From contig JBBTSM010000010.1 of assembly GCA_038064675.1 (NCBI GenBank), forward strand, positions 2,977 through 66,976: DNA of 64,000 nt. Reading direction: 5' to 3'. The notes below the pieces were generated by a model. The model was given only the letters and a program-made list of their open reading frames with translations. It was not told the DNA's origin and ran no database searches. The stretch is from Patescibacteria group bacterium. GTDB taxonomy: Bacteria; Patescibacteriota; Patescibacteriia; UBA9934. Positions 20,674 through 30,290 of the stretch are shown here, in pieces. A program made the translations under genes and the position numbers. Within the stretch, counting starts at the first letter, position 1. Each line of letters begins with the position of its first letter.

Positions 20674-21852
20674 CTACTTTTGAATACAAATCTGTCGTGA
20701 GTCTCGATTGTCCGAAAACGTCAGTCGCCAGTACGTATCGTCTTCCTGAACGCGCAGTTCCATTCCAATCTCCTTACAGATTCTGGAGAAGACTTCTCGA
20801 CAAAGCAGAAATCGACTTTCCAACGTATTTGTTAATGGAGTTGGCGGTGTAACCGTGAGCTTTTGTAAATAAAATTCAAACTCCTCTGCCGCACGTTTTG
20901 TGATGCTCGGCGCAACTCCCGTCTGTACAGCATTCCGAATGGATTTCAGGATCTCCTCTTCACTTTTATTTCGAATATCTGCGGTAAAAAAATCACTATA
21001 TGCTTGCACCGCACGAATGTTTTTAAGAAAACCATGTGCGATTCTTCGGCAGGAAGTAGTAATATACGGATGCGTTCGCAAAAAACTTTGCATTCCAAAC
21101 TTTCTTACAAAGAAATACGTAAGTACAAGCTCCTCTCCAACCCACGCCGAGGGATCGAATCCTCCGATGCGAACATATGAAGCAGCACTCAAAACAGTGT
21201 TCCCGCACCATGCGCTAACAAAAGCATCCTCCGGAGCGTCAGGACCGTATGCACTTTCCAAATTCTCTACCAATCTTACTAAATCACCAAAATACGGAAT
21301 TTCATATGCGGCGTCAATATAATGCTGCGACTGCGTACTCAACAGCGCCTTTCCACGGTGAAGAGCAACAAGACTCTCAAGATACTCTGGATCGATCTTC
21401 AGTGCATCGGCGTCATTATTCACGAGCAAGGTCTCCAAACCAGATCCACGCAAAAGCGCAAGGTCATTCAGAATCTTCCGAAGAAGTCCAATTGGCGCCT
21501 TCTGTGAAAATGTCCATTCAAAAAAACACACTCGAACCGTGTGTGATTTTTGAAATTCACGAACCTGATTTTTCAACCTATTCACTGATGAATCTTCTTC
21601 CCTCCGGTTCAGGAACAGAAGAACCTCGTAACGTTGTTTTTTAATTGTCTGTTTCTCGTACAGCGTCAAAAGCCGTTCGATATTCTGTTCGGATGAATGT
21701 ACGGGGATTAAAACAAAAATGGACGTCCCTGGCACAGCCGGTGGCAGCTGTGCCAGAACATCAGCGAGCGTCTGAACGTATTCAGGATGGTTCTTCTGCT
21801 CGTTCGCAAGATACTCTTGAATCTCATCGACCATACTCAGCTCCATTGCCAT
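20674..21852 (-). CDS. GT-A (GT2-like) glycosyltransferase, paralogue of the C-terminal domain of 22829-27748
   Basis: VLIPVH, YEVLLFLN, NNDAD (DxD), GNTVL...YVRIGGFD. Confidence 0.75.
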   Translation of the reverse strand: MAMELSMVDEIQEYLANEQKNHPEYVQTLADVLAQLPPAVPGTSIFVLIPVHSSEQNIERLLTLYEKQTIKKQRYEVLLFLNRREEDSSVNRLKNQVREFQKSHTVRVCFFEWTFSQKAPIGLLRKILNDLALLRGSGLETLLVNNDADALKIDPEYLESLVALHRGKALLSTQSQHYIDAAYEIPYFGDLVRLVENLESAYGPDAPEDAFVSAWCGNTVLSAASYVRIGGFDPSAWVGEELVLTYFFVRKFGMQSFLRTHPYITTSCRRIAHGFLKNIRAVQAYSDFFTADIRNKSEEEILKSIRNAVQTGVAPSITKRAAEEFEFYLQKLTVTPPTPLTNTLESRFLLCREVFSRICKEIGMELRVQEDDTYWRLTFSDNRDSRQICIQK

Positions 21853-21855
21853 TTC

Positions 21856-22251
21856 TTATTCTTGCGACTCACCTTTCGTCGCTTTGTCCAAGGCAGAGTG
21901 ATATACGGTTAATGCATCCAAACGCGCCCGTTGCTCATCCAAGCCTTCCGTGCCCGCAAGAGGAGACCGCGCCTCTGCAGAACCCTCACGACTCATCCTA
22001 TTTGCCAAGGCTGCGTAATACGCGTCCCAATCCACTACTGATTGTGGCCCCGCTTGACGAAGTGCTTCTGCCTTAGCCATAGCCTCTTCCTTTGTCCCTG
22101 GATAAACAGCAACAGTGGCAGCATGTTCATGTGCTGCAAGTAACGTATCGAATGCCTTCTTCTGACCCGGCGTATACAAAATTTGGTCTGGTTCGTGAGT
22201 CCTATCCCCTTCCGGCACACGCTCAATAAACGGATCTTTTGGTTCTGGCAT
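21856..22251 (-). CDS. hypothetical protein
   Basis: 131-aa ORF ending 3 nt before the GT start. Confidence 0.7.
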   Translation of the reverse strand: MPEPKDPFIERVPEGDRTHEPDQILYTPGQKKAFDTLLAAHEHAATVAVYPGTKEEAMAKAEALRQAGPQSVVDWDAYYAALANRMSREGSAEARSPLAGTEGLDEQRARLDALTVYHSALDKATKGESQE

Positions 22252-22318
22252 ACGATGGTATTAAGAATCTAAAGCAATTCTAACAGATACAGGAAATATT
22301 CTCTGTTGTTATTCACAG

Positions 22319-22411
22319 AAAGAGGTGATCCGCGCTCTGACGGCATTACAATCTGGCGAGCTGTGTCCGGTGGAATGGGAACCGGGTGAGAAGACCTTAG
22401 GGAAGGTGTAG
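22319..22411 (+). pseudogene. duplicated 3' end of ahpC (30 codons plus stop)
   Basis: KEVIRALTALQSGELCPVEWEPGEKTLGKV* versus KEVIRVLTALQSGELCPVEWEPGEKTLGKA* at 20538-20630. Confidence 0.92.
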
Positions 22412-22443
22412 AATAACGGTGAGGCAATTAATGCTGCATCAAT

Positions 22444-22785
22444 ATGAGCAATGAGCTCCCATCACAAAGAGAGGTTGTCGAGGCAGAAATTCAAAGAGTA
22501 ATCGCCGACTACCGCGAACAAGAAAAACTTGCAGCGAGCCCAGATTACAATATTCGATACGGACCAAAGTATTTTATTGGACTAAACAAAGGACGATTTG
22601 CTTTTGCGGCACTAGGCGTTCCGCAAACGCGCGATGGTGGCGCACCATTCTATCCAAACTGGACTGTTGAAGATTTTCGACATGTCTGCCGAGAACTCGG
22701 GATCGACTACGAAGCAGCAGATACATTTGCGAACCAAGAGGTTGCCCAAAGAACACAGCGAGGTGCAGGAAAAGAGAATAATTAG
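22444..22785 (+). CDS. hypothetical protein
   Basis: 113-aa ORF with protein-like composition, followed by a terminator-like hairpin. Confidence 0.7.
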   Translation: MSNELPSQREVVEAEIQRVIADYREQEKLAASPDYNIRYGPKYFIGLNKGRFAFAALGVPQTRDGGAPFYPNWTVEDFRHVCRELGIDYEAADTFANQEVAQRTQRGAGKENN

Positions 22786-22796
22786 CGGGTACAAAA

Positions 22797-22821
22797 AATC
22801 AGAGCCGTGCGGCTCTGATTT
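22797..22821. terminator. bidirectional hairpin
   Basis: AATCAGAGCC-gtgc-GGCTCTGATT with A and T tracts. Confidence 0.75.
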
Positions 22822-22828
22822 GTTATTG

Positions 22829-25800
22829 CTAGAACACCGGAGGAACAAATGGCCCCAATGGGTTATTTTTTAACTTCGCACCCTTTCTGTTGCTTTCTCG
22901 ATACTCAAGAAGTCTCCTGCGGAGAACCGATGTATCAGTTGGGATTACCGTAATCCACTCAGGATGAGGTGAGATATCGGCCTTTATGCCAAGGAAATCC
23001 AATGTCTGCCTCAAATACTCTTCACCTTCAAGACCGATTTGTCCGCTTCCGTGATAGTAGAAGGTTTTTTGTGCAATATGCATGAACGCTTCAATTTCAT
23101 CACGGATTCTGGCATTGAATTGTTGAACAATTTCATCGCTCTCCGAAGCCTCGGCGAGCTTTCGGACATCGAGATTTTCAGGTTGCGCGTGTTCCGCCAT
23201 TCCACCTCCTCGAACATTTTTTCTGTCGTTAAAATCAGACCACGTGTACGCAACAAGCTCTCCACTTTTGAACTTATCGATTTCACGACGTGGGTCGACC
23301 ATGACCCAATCCTTGTTCGAATATCCAACCGTTCTCTTTCCACCACGAGCGACTGAGAAGAGACGACCGAATTCGATATCTGCCCAGAAATCCTTGGTAC
23401 GATTTCCACCGATTGCGGCATAACTTGATCCGCGCAAAATCGTATTTCGTCCCTGAGTCATAATGTTCCCAGTCTTTGAGCGTGAAATTGCTTCGATAAA
23501 CTGCGCAAACCTCATCGCAACATGGAAGGTTGGATTCTTTTCGTAAACCTCCGGATCGAGATCCTGCCTACCGACAAGAGCGTCCAAATCCGGTCTCTTC
23601 TTCATGTCATCAAGGACATCGACAAGATACTCTGGAGATCCATAGACTGTATCTGCATCGTTGGCGATGACGAGAATTTCCCGGTCTCCTGATCGTCGAA
23701 GGTTTCGTCGCAACGCGAGATCGAATACTTTTCTTTTAATCCAACCGACTTCAGGTTTTCCGACCTTAATTTCCTCAGAGTATACCTTCAGTGCAACTTT
23801 AGGGTGATCTTTTCTGAAACGCTCGATCTCCGAGAATGTTTTGTTTGCATCTGCGCCTTTTGGCCAGTTGACGTAAAGAAGTATCTCAAACTTCGCGGTT
23901 TTTCCGGCCCAAACTGAAGCACCTTTCCGGTCGCGGTTCACCGCATACGTCTCCAGAGTTCTGTAAATATTTGCATGCTCACCGGCACCAGCAGCCGCCA
24001 ACGCAACACAAGCTTCTACGCTATCACCCATCTTGTCTTTGTTTTGAGCGTCAAGCGTATCGAGTTCCTTTTTGTAGCCAGGATAGCGCCTTTCCATGTC
24101 TTCGAAATACCATTCCATCTCCTTTCGCGGATTGAGAGGCGCATTTGGATCCTCTTTCAATCGAGGAGACATATCTGCACGAAGTGCCTGTTCGCTCCCC
24201 TCGGTTGCATTTGGGTAATACGGATACAGCGCAATAGCAGAATCTCCACCTTCTAATTCTGGCGTCTGATTCCCCGCTTCTGGCCCTGCAAATTCACCGG
24301 GCGGCAAAGGTGGTGGTGCAACTGGAGGCATAAACGGACCCGCCTCACCTCGAGGCCCCTTCTTCATCGGCTCCATCGGTTGACGACCGCGAATTGGGAC
24401 GAACCAAGGGACGATGACTGGCGGAACTTCGTGGCCTGGGAGATCGATGTTCGTGACGTGGCGAGCGACGGATTCAGCGGTGTCGGTGGAGGTAATTCCG
24501 GAATGGACTCCAGCGCCCTGCGCTGTTGCAAGAATACTGAAGTGGTTCACGCCAGCGGCATCGAAGCCTTTAGAAACTCCAACCTCGGCAGTGTGATACA
24601 GCGGAATAACCTTTCCGTGATCAATGCGGAAGAACGTCTTGCCGATGTCCGATGTCGGATCGATATGAATCTGCCCGTGTTGATCCGGTAATACTTCAAT
24701 AACACTATTCTGCGCGTGATCGTTCATCGTGAGCAACACACGAATTTTGCCCTCAACAAGTTCTGCCGGAGCATTATCTGTTAATCCGCTATGGAATGAA
24801 CCGTCCTTCGCCATGTGACCCATGGTCATGACGATCTGGCCATCTGAATCCAAACCCATTGGGTGCACGCCATCGCCGGTCACTCCGCCCCATTCAAGTT
24901 TCAATTCGTTGTGATCTGCGCCAAGCCAACGCTTAAGCTCCTCTGAAAAATGCATCGGCGTGTCGTTGTCCATCCAGTGATCGCGATGGATTTTCTGCAT
25001 TGCATGATGACGCAACCATTCCCATGTGCTTTCTTTGGTACTGGTGGTGGCGCCTGAATTGATCCACTGATCTTTCTCCACAATATTCGCGCCTGCACCT
25101 CGCAACGTAGCCTCCGACGCAGCATCAAGATGACCCGATGCATCGATGTGCAGGCCAGATGCAATTGCATGATGATCCGCGGCAGACTCAAGAACAAAGC
25201 TTCCATCCGCCTGCGGCACAAGATCGGTTCCCGGAGGAGTCGTGAACGATCCCCCGCCAATCATTTCCATATTCGGTGAACCGACGGCAGCAAGCGGGGC
25301 ATGATTAAAGTACGCCATGAGCGCATGCCACGCACTGCCGATGGTGGTGTCTCCACCCGTACCAAGCGCCCACAGGTCGTGAGCGACGGTACCAACAACG
25401 GCACCGATCGCCATCGTAGAAAGTCCGCGCTTCAATGCGACACGGTTCGACCACTCTGCGAACTTCTTCTGCTGCACGCGCGCTTTGCTGGTCTCCTTGC
25501 CATATAAGGAAACTTCACTCAGCTTATAGATATAGTCAAAGTACTCCTGAAATCCGGCGACGGTCTTATTCTTTACTTTCTCTCCGTATGCATCTTCGTG
25601 TGCTTTCCGAAGGGCGGCTTTCAAACTTGCACGCGCAACATCGAGATTCAACCGTTCAACTTCAGCCTCCGCAACGCCTGTATATTTCAGCAAGTCGATC
25701 TTCTCGCGATCACTGATACGAATACGCGCCTCTATATTCGCAAGGACTTCAGTAGCATTTTCGATCGTGACATCACCACGCAACTCTTTGCTATCCGCAC

Positions 25801-27748
25801 TCAAGAATCCGCGAACACTTTCCGCGAGCCCCTTTGCACTTTCACGAGCAAGCGCAAACTTCTCCATCTCTGCGCGACGAGGCTGAACCTCGCGACCACT
25901 CCGCAGCGCTTGGATTTCCTTTTCTAACGAATACCGCTCCATCGGCTGCCACCATCCAAGCTTTCCCTGTCTCGCTAATAATTCTGCCTCAACCTTATTC
26001 GAATCGTCATTCTTCGTCTCCCCACCAAGCGCCATCTGGCGTTCGTGAAGAGCGCGCTCGCTGTTCAATCGGCCCTTTTCTTTCCATGCGCTGTACGCTC
26101 CAGTGACAACTGCGGAACCTCCAAACGTAAGTGCCTTTGCCGCCGTGTTTTTGAGACCGGCCATAATTCCAATTCCCCACATGGACGCTGCCGCGCCAAG
26201 CGCGATACCGATTTCGTTTCGAAACGCTATGGCAATGGCGCCTCCAGCCACAGGGTGACGACTACTCCATTGATCAAGCTTTTCAAGTGTTTTATCAATA
26301 AAATTCTTTTCTCGTTCCGTCCGAGCGCCAAGCTTCATTCGACCAACGACAATTTCAAGATCAATATCCAGATTCTCCATCCCATTCACTGCCGCGGCAG
26401 CCTGACGAACCTGTTCCGCAAGCTTGTCCAAGTTATCCGCATACAACATGCCACGCCCTTTTGCTTCTCCGCCCAATGCATTCGCACTCGCGAAAATTTT
26501 ATCCCGACGTAATTGCAATTCCTCCTTGCTCATTTCAACGTTCGAGGCATATTCCTTCACCAACTCCAACAGATCAACACGAACCGCCTCTTCTTCTGGC
26601 GAATACTTCGTGACGCCTTCTGCATCTTTCTTTCCAAACTCCGTTCTTCGTTCTCCGTGCGCACCTTCGTTGTGCAAAAATTCATCACTTCGTTGCACCA
26701 AGCGTTCAAGCATCGCGCCAGTTGCCTTTTCGTGGTCTGCACGACTCAGCCCCTTACCAACGAAAACGTTGCGCGTAGACAGCACCTGGTTGCGTAATTT
26801 TCCAATCCCACGCTGTCGATATTCCTCGTGCGCAAGATTATGCTTGAAAATCTTATCCCACGTTCCCGCATCTCGCTTTTCTGCGTGCAATGATTCATCT
26901 ACGTCGTCACTGATAATATCCTCGGCCGTATCAGAGATATCGCCTGCGCCGTACCGCAAATGCAAAGGAACGCCCTTTTTCGCGACGGGCTTTTCGCTTT
27001 CGTCATCCTCAAGCTCAACCATCACTGGCGTTGCTGGGGGTTTTGCACCCGTCTCAACAACTTTGCGCTCCATAGAATCCGCGGTCAATTTCTCGAGATT
27101 CACAGAAACTCCACTCCCGTCTACATCAGCTGGGAGTGCTTTGACGCCCTCAGACATCGCTACAACCTTAGCAACAGGTATCGCAAGAATTTCACCTTTC
27201 GGTCCTTTTAACAGCACCGGGCTACCATCATCTCCAGACACAACACCAAGAATTCTCCATCGCTCCACTGCGGCCCCGCGCAACAAAAAAACATCTTCAC
27301 CGGCACGCCGTGCATACGCAGCCTGAGCGCGGCGAGCCTCATCTTCTGTCCATGATTCTGCCGACCAACGATGTCGTGGGCGCCTGTACGTTTCACCACG
27401 AGATACAGCATTATCGTATCCGCTCCGCATTTCGTCATCAGACAAAATTCCGTACGCATCGGCGGCCTCCTTAAATCTCCGGCTCGCCTCAGCTCGAACA
27501 GCGGCCGATTCCTTGTCGTGTCTATCAGGATGAAATTTCATCGCAAGCTTAAGGAAAGCAGCCTTAATTTCATCTTTACTCGCATTAGCGCGAACGCCCA
27601 AAGCATCGTACAGGGTCTTCGGCGCAGATTCACTACTTGATTCCGCGGTATCCGTCGCCTCGTGCGAACCGCTGTTTTTTTTATAGCCCCCGGCAACTCC
27701 CAGTCCGAAGAACGTATCTTTTCCTAACGGCATTTTATACATCAACAT
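22829..27748 (-). CDS. 1639-aa multidomain protein: N-terminal J-domain, helical/hydrophobic middle, C-terminal GT-A glycosyltransferase
   Basis: LYDALGV...KFHPDR...AYGILSD (J-domain); ANDAD and GRNTILRGSSYAAIGG (GT); Pro-rich linker. Confidence 0.85.
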   Translation of the reverse strand: MLMYKMPLGKDTFFGLGVAGGYKKNSGSHEATDTAESSSESAPKTLYDALGVRANASKDEIKAAFLKLAMKFHPDRHDKESAAVRAEASRRFKEAADAYGILSDDEMRSGYDNAVSRGETYRRPRHRWSAESWTEDEARRAQAAYARRAGEDVFLLRGAAVERWRILGVVSGDDGSPVLLKGPKGEILAIPVAKVVAMSEGVKALPADVDGSGVSVNLEKLTADSMERKVVETGAKPPATPVMVELEDDESEKPVAKKGVPLHLRYGAGDISDTAEDIISDDVDESLHAEKRDAGTWDKIFKHNLAHEEYRQRGIGKLRNQVLSTRNVFVGKGLSRADHEKATGAMLERLVQRSDEFLHNEGAHGERRTEFGKKDAEGVTKYSPEEEAVRVDLLELVKEYASNVEMSKEELQLRRDKIFASANALGGEAKGRGMLYADNLDKLAEQVRQAAAAVNGMENLDIDLEIVVGRMKLGARTEREKNFIDKTLEKLDQWSSRHPVAGGAIAIAFRNEIGIALGAAASMWGIGIMAGLKNTAAKALTFGGSAVVTGAYSAWKEKGRLNSERALHERQMALGGETKNDDSNKVEAELLARQGKLGWWQPMERYSLEKEIQALRSGREVQPRRAEMEKFALARESAKGLAESVRGFLSADSKELRGDVTIENATEVLANIEARIRISDREKIDLLKYTGVAEAEVERLNLDVARASLKAALRKAHEDAYGEKVKNKTVAGFQEYFDYIYKLSEVSLYGKETSKARVQQKKFAEWSNRVALKRGLSTMAIGAVVGTVAHDLWALGTGGDTTIGSAWHALMAYFNHAPLAAVGSPNMEMIGGGSFTTPPGTDLVPQADGSFVLESAADHHAIASGLHIDASGHLDAASEATLRGAGANIVEKDQWINSGATTSTKESTWEWLRHHAMQKIHRDHWMDNDTPMHFSEELKRWLGADHNELKLEWGGVTGDGVHPMGLDSDGQIVMTMGHMAKDGSFHSGLTDNAPAELVEGKIRVLLTMNDHAQNSVIEVLPDQHGQIHIDPTSDIGKTFFRIDHGKVIPLYHTAEVGVSKGFDAAGVNHFSILATAQGAGVHSGITSTDTAESVARHVTNIDLPGHEVPPVIVPWFVPIRGRQPMEPMKKGPRGEAGPFMPPVAPPPLPPGEFAGPEAGNQTPELEGGDSAIALYPYYPNATEGSEQALRADMSPRLKEDPNAPLNPRKEMEWYFEDMERRYPGYKKELDTLDAQNKDKMGDSVEACVALAAAGAGEHANIYRTLETYAVNRDRKGASVWAGKTAKFEILLYVNWPKGADANKTFSEIERFRKDHPKVALKVYSEEIKVGKPEVGWIKRKVFDLALRRNLRRSGDREILVIANDADTVYGSPEYLVDVLDDMKKRPDLDALVGRQDLDPEVYEKNPTFHVAMRFAQFIEAISRSKTGNIMTQGRNTILRGSSYAAIGGNRTKDFWADIEFGRLFSVARGGKRTVGYSNKDWVMVDPRREIDKFKSGELVAYTWSDFNDRKNVRGGGMAEHAQPENLDVRKLAEASESDEIVQQFNARIRDEIEAFMHIAQKTFYYHGSGQIGLEGEEYLRQTLDFLGIKADISPHPEWITVIPTDTSVLRRRLLEYRESNRKGAKLKNNPLGPFVPPVF

Positions 27749-27765
27749 ACTTTTACACTAACGCG

Positions 27766-28065
27766 TTAGCTAAGGTACGACGTACGGAAATCCATGAGCG
27801 TTCGCGCAAGCACTTCCTGATAGTTTGGCACGTTGCTCACGAAAAACTCGCGAACAACGTCTGGTTCGGCATCGGCGTCCATAAGGTCGTTGAGCTCCTC
27901 AACTTTGTCTGTCTCGAGTAAGGCGACCATCTCTGCATTCAAACGCTCGCCAATTCTCGTCATGAGGTCTGCGCGAAGCTCGGCAAGCACCGCTTCGTCT
28001 ACCGATGTAAGCCCTCGTTCCACGAGCAAATTCTCTACGAACTGTTCAAGCGTTGGAGCTGCCAT
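27766..28065 (-). CDS. DUF5663-like acidic helical protein
   Basis: About 99 aa; FVENLL...NVPNYQEVLARTLMDFR pattern typical of CPR. Confidence 0.7.
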   Translation of the reverse strand: MAAPTLEQFVENLLVERGLTSVDEAVLAELRADLMTRIGERLNAEMVALLETDKVEELNDLMDADAEPDVVREFFVSNVPNYQEVLARTLMDFRTSYLS

Positions 28066-28102
28066 AGCAAAAAGCAAAGAGTATTAGCTCAAGTATAACA
28101 AA

Positions 28103-28135
28103 ATGCACACCCCATCGATCCGATGAGGTGTGCAT
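28103..28135 (-). terminator. terminator after pepA
   Basis: ATGCACACC-CCATCG..CGATG-AGGTGTGCAT with a T tract on the minus strand. Confidence 0.65.
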
Positions 28136-28144
28136 GATTCCACA

Positions 28145-29653
28145 TTACATTCTCTCGACCAGCTCAACGAGCGTTCGCACGCCGTGACCGGTTCCGCCTT
28201 TGCCCAAGTAGCTTCCCATTGGCTTTTCGGCAAATGCTGGGCCGGCGATATCCAGGTGCACCCATGGCAAGCCGTCCACGAACTCTTCCAGGAAGAGGCC
28301 GGCGGTGAGCGATCCACCGTATCGCGACGTTGGGATGTTTCGCAGATCGGCGATATCGGATTCGATGAGCGATCGATATCGCTTCTCCAGTGGCATGCGC
28401 CACATCTTCTCACCGGCGTCTTCTGCGGAATCGAGAACCGACTGCGCGAGCTCGTCGTTATTACTCATCAATCCCGTAATCTCCTCGCCAAGCGCAACAA
28501 CACATGCTCCAGTCAACGTTGCAAGATCCACCATCGCCGTCGGCTCGAGCTTCTTGGCGTACGTCAGAGCATCGGCAAGCGTGAGGCGGCCTTCAGCATC
28601 GGTATTGAGAATTTCGATAGTCTTACCGTTGCTCGCCTTCACGACGTCGCCTGGGCGAATTGCTTTGCCCGACGGCATATTTTCGACTGCCGCGATAATG
28701 CCGTGCACCTCGCATCGAGGTTGCAGCTGACCAAGAACGGTGAAGAATCCAAGTACTGCCGCAGCGCCAGCCATGTCGCACTTCATCGTCATCATTCCGT
28801 CGCCAGGCTTTAATGATAATCCTCCGGAATCGAATGTAACGCCCTTGCCGATAACGGCGAGACGCTTCCGGCTCGATCGTTCTGGTGTGTACGTGAGATG
28901 CAAGAACTTCAGCGGCTCATCGGAGCCATTCCCCACCGCAACATACGAACCCATGCCAAGCTCTTCGCATTCAGCACGATCGAGAACCTTCAATGAGAAG
29001 TTCTTCCCCGCCTCCTTCACAATTCTCTCTGCAGCCTCAGCGAGCGCCGATGGCGTCATCACCTGCGCTGGCATATTGACGAGATCGCGAGCAACGGCAA
29101 CACCGCCAGCAATCGCACAGCCACGTTCCACTGCCTTGCGCACACGAAGCACGTCGCGACCGTCGCGAATCACCAACGTTATTTCCTTCATGCGCTTTGC
29201 ACCGTTCTTTTCCTTGTATGTATCGAATGCGTAGTCCGCAAGCTGCGCTGCGACCACCATGGCTTCTGCGACATCCGCAGCATCACCTTCTTCGGACACC
29301 GGAATTTCCACCGCGAGTGTCTTCGCACCAAATCGGCGAGTCAACGTGATTGCCGTTCCGATCATTTCGCGGGCGGATTCGAGCGTAGCATCTGTAGCCG
29401 ATCCCAAACCGATAACGAGGATGTGATGATGTGCCGCATCGTGAACATCAACGGCAAGAACCTCACCGGCCTTTCCGACAAATTCGGAAGCCTTCATCGA
29501 TCGTGCCGCGCTTTTCCGAACGGATTCTGGCATTCGTCCAACGATCGATTCTATCGAGAATCCTTCCCCACTAAACACCGGGAGCACGAGCACCTCGGCT
29601 TTTGCGGAAAACAGATCCATCTTTTCTCCAAGGATGTTCATAACGGTGTTCAT
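28145..29653 (-). CDS. pepA: leucyl aminopeptidase (M17)
   Basis: GKGVTFDSGGLSLK, MKCDMAG, NTDAEGRL, WVHLDIAG; GGAGG before the start. Confidence 0.97.
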   Translation of the reverse strand: MNTVMNILGEKMDLFSAKAEVLVLPVFSGEGFSIESIVGRMPESVRKSAARSMKASEFVGKAGEVLAVDVHDAAHHHILVIGLGSATDATLESAREMIGTAITLTRRFGAKTLAVEIPVSEEGDAADVAEAMVVAAQLADYAFDTYKEKNGAKRMKEITLVIRDGRDVLRVRKAVERGCAIAGGVAVARDLVNMPAQVMTPSALAEAAERIVKEAGKNFSLKVLDRAECEELGMGSYVAVGNGSDEPLKFLHLTYTPERSSRKRLAVIGKGVTFDSGGLSLKPGDGMMTMKCDMAGAAAVLGFFTVLGQLQPRCEVHGIIAAVENMPSGKAIRPGDVVKASNGKTIEILNTDAEGRLTLADALTYAKKLEPTAMVDLATLTGACVVALGEEITGLMSNNDELAQSVLDSAEDAGEKMWRMPLEKRYRSLIESDIADLRNIPTSRYGGSLTAGLFLEEFVDGLPWVHLDIAGPAFAEKPMGSYLGKGGTGHGVRTLVELVERM

Positions 29654-29675
29654 AGCTCCTCCGAGTTAGAATGCA

Positions 29676-30017
29676 TTATTCCTGCAGGTACTGAGCCATC
29701 TTAGTCACAAGCGCTGGCACATCGTCAATGTGAACATCCCCAAGGAAGATGGGCGATCGCTGCGCTTGAGCGATCGACGGATTACCGTCTTGGGCAAATT
29801 GAGCGAGTGAAATGATGGCCACCGTCGGCCCTTCCTTGCAGTGATCCATACACGATGTGGAAAGAACCCGAACCGGCAAACCGGCAGCTTTCATTGCCTC
29901 CTTGATTGCTGCCCGAAGCCCTGGCTCGGTAACGCCGCAGGATTCCCTGCCATCGTCCCGGCGATTTTCACACACCAGAACCACGGATTTATACAGTTTT
30001 TGGCTAATCTCATGCAT
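29676..30017 (-). CDS. thioredoxin-like (2Fe-2S) ferredoxin
   Basis: VLVCENRR...SCG...TSCMDHCKEGP. Confidence 0.85.
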   Translation of the reverse strand: MHEISQKLYKSVVLVCENRRDDGRESCGVTEPGLRAAIKEAMKAAGLPVRVLSTSCMDHCKEGPTVAIISLAQFAQDGNPSIAQAQRSPIFLGDVHIDDVPALVTKMAQYLQE

Positions 30018-30034
30018 ATTTGTGGGCGATTTGT

Positions 30035-30063
30035 TTGACGATTCATCGAACCTCAGGCATACT
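30035..30063 (+). promoter_or_regulatory. sigma70 promoter of the small basic ORF
   Basis: TTGACG-17 bp-CATACT. Confidence 0.6.
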
Positions 30064-30092
30064 CTACTCCATCATTCGATTCCCTTTTCATT

Positions 30093-30239
30093 ATGCCAAG
30101 CCGCCATCACCTCTCACGAAAGTCTCAAAACGCTCTTTTCGCCATCAAGCGCGAGAAGGCTTTTGCCACCCACCGAAAGTCCAAGGCCATCCGTATGCGA
30201 AAGCTCGAGGCTAAGGAAGCTGCAAAGTCCGCAAAATAA
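30093..30239 (+). CDS. 48-aa highly basic small protein (not in the ORF track)
   Basis: MPSRHHLSRKSQNALFAIKREKAFATHRKSKAIRMRKLEAKEAAKSAK*; flanked by a promoter and a terminator. Confidence 0.7.
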   Translation: MPSRHHLSRKSQNALFAIKREKAFATHRKSKAIRMRKLEAKEAAKSAK

Positions 30240-30245
30240 GGAATA

Positions 30246-30280
30246 CAAAAGACCCTCCGATTACTCGGAGGGTCTTTTGT
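30246..30280. terminator. bidirectional intrinsic terminator
   Basis: ACAAAAGACCCTCCGA-ttac-TCGGAGGGTCTTTTGT. Confidence 0.9.
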
Positions 30281-30290
30281 ATCTGTCGGA

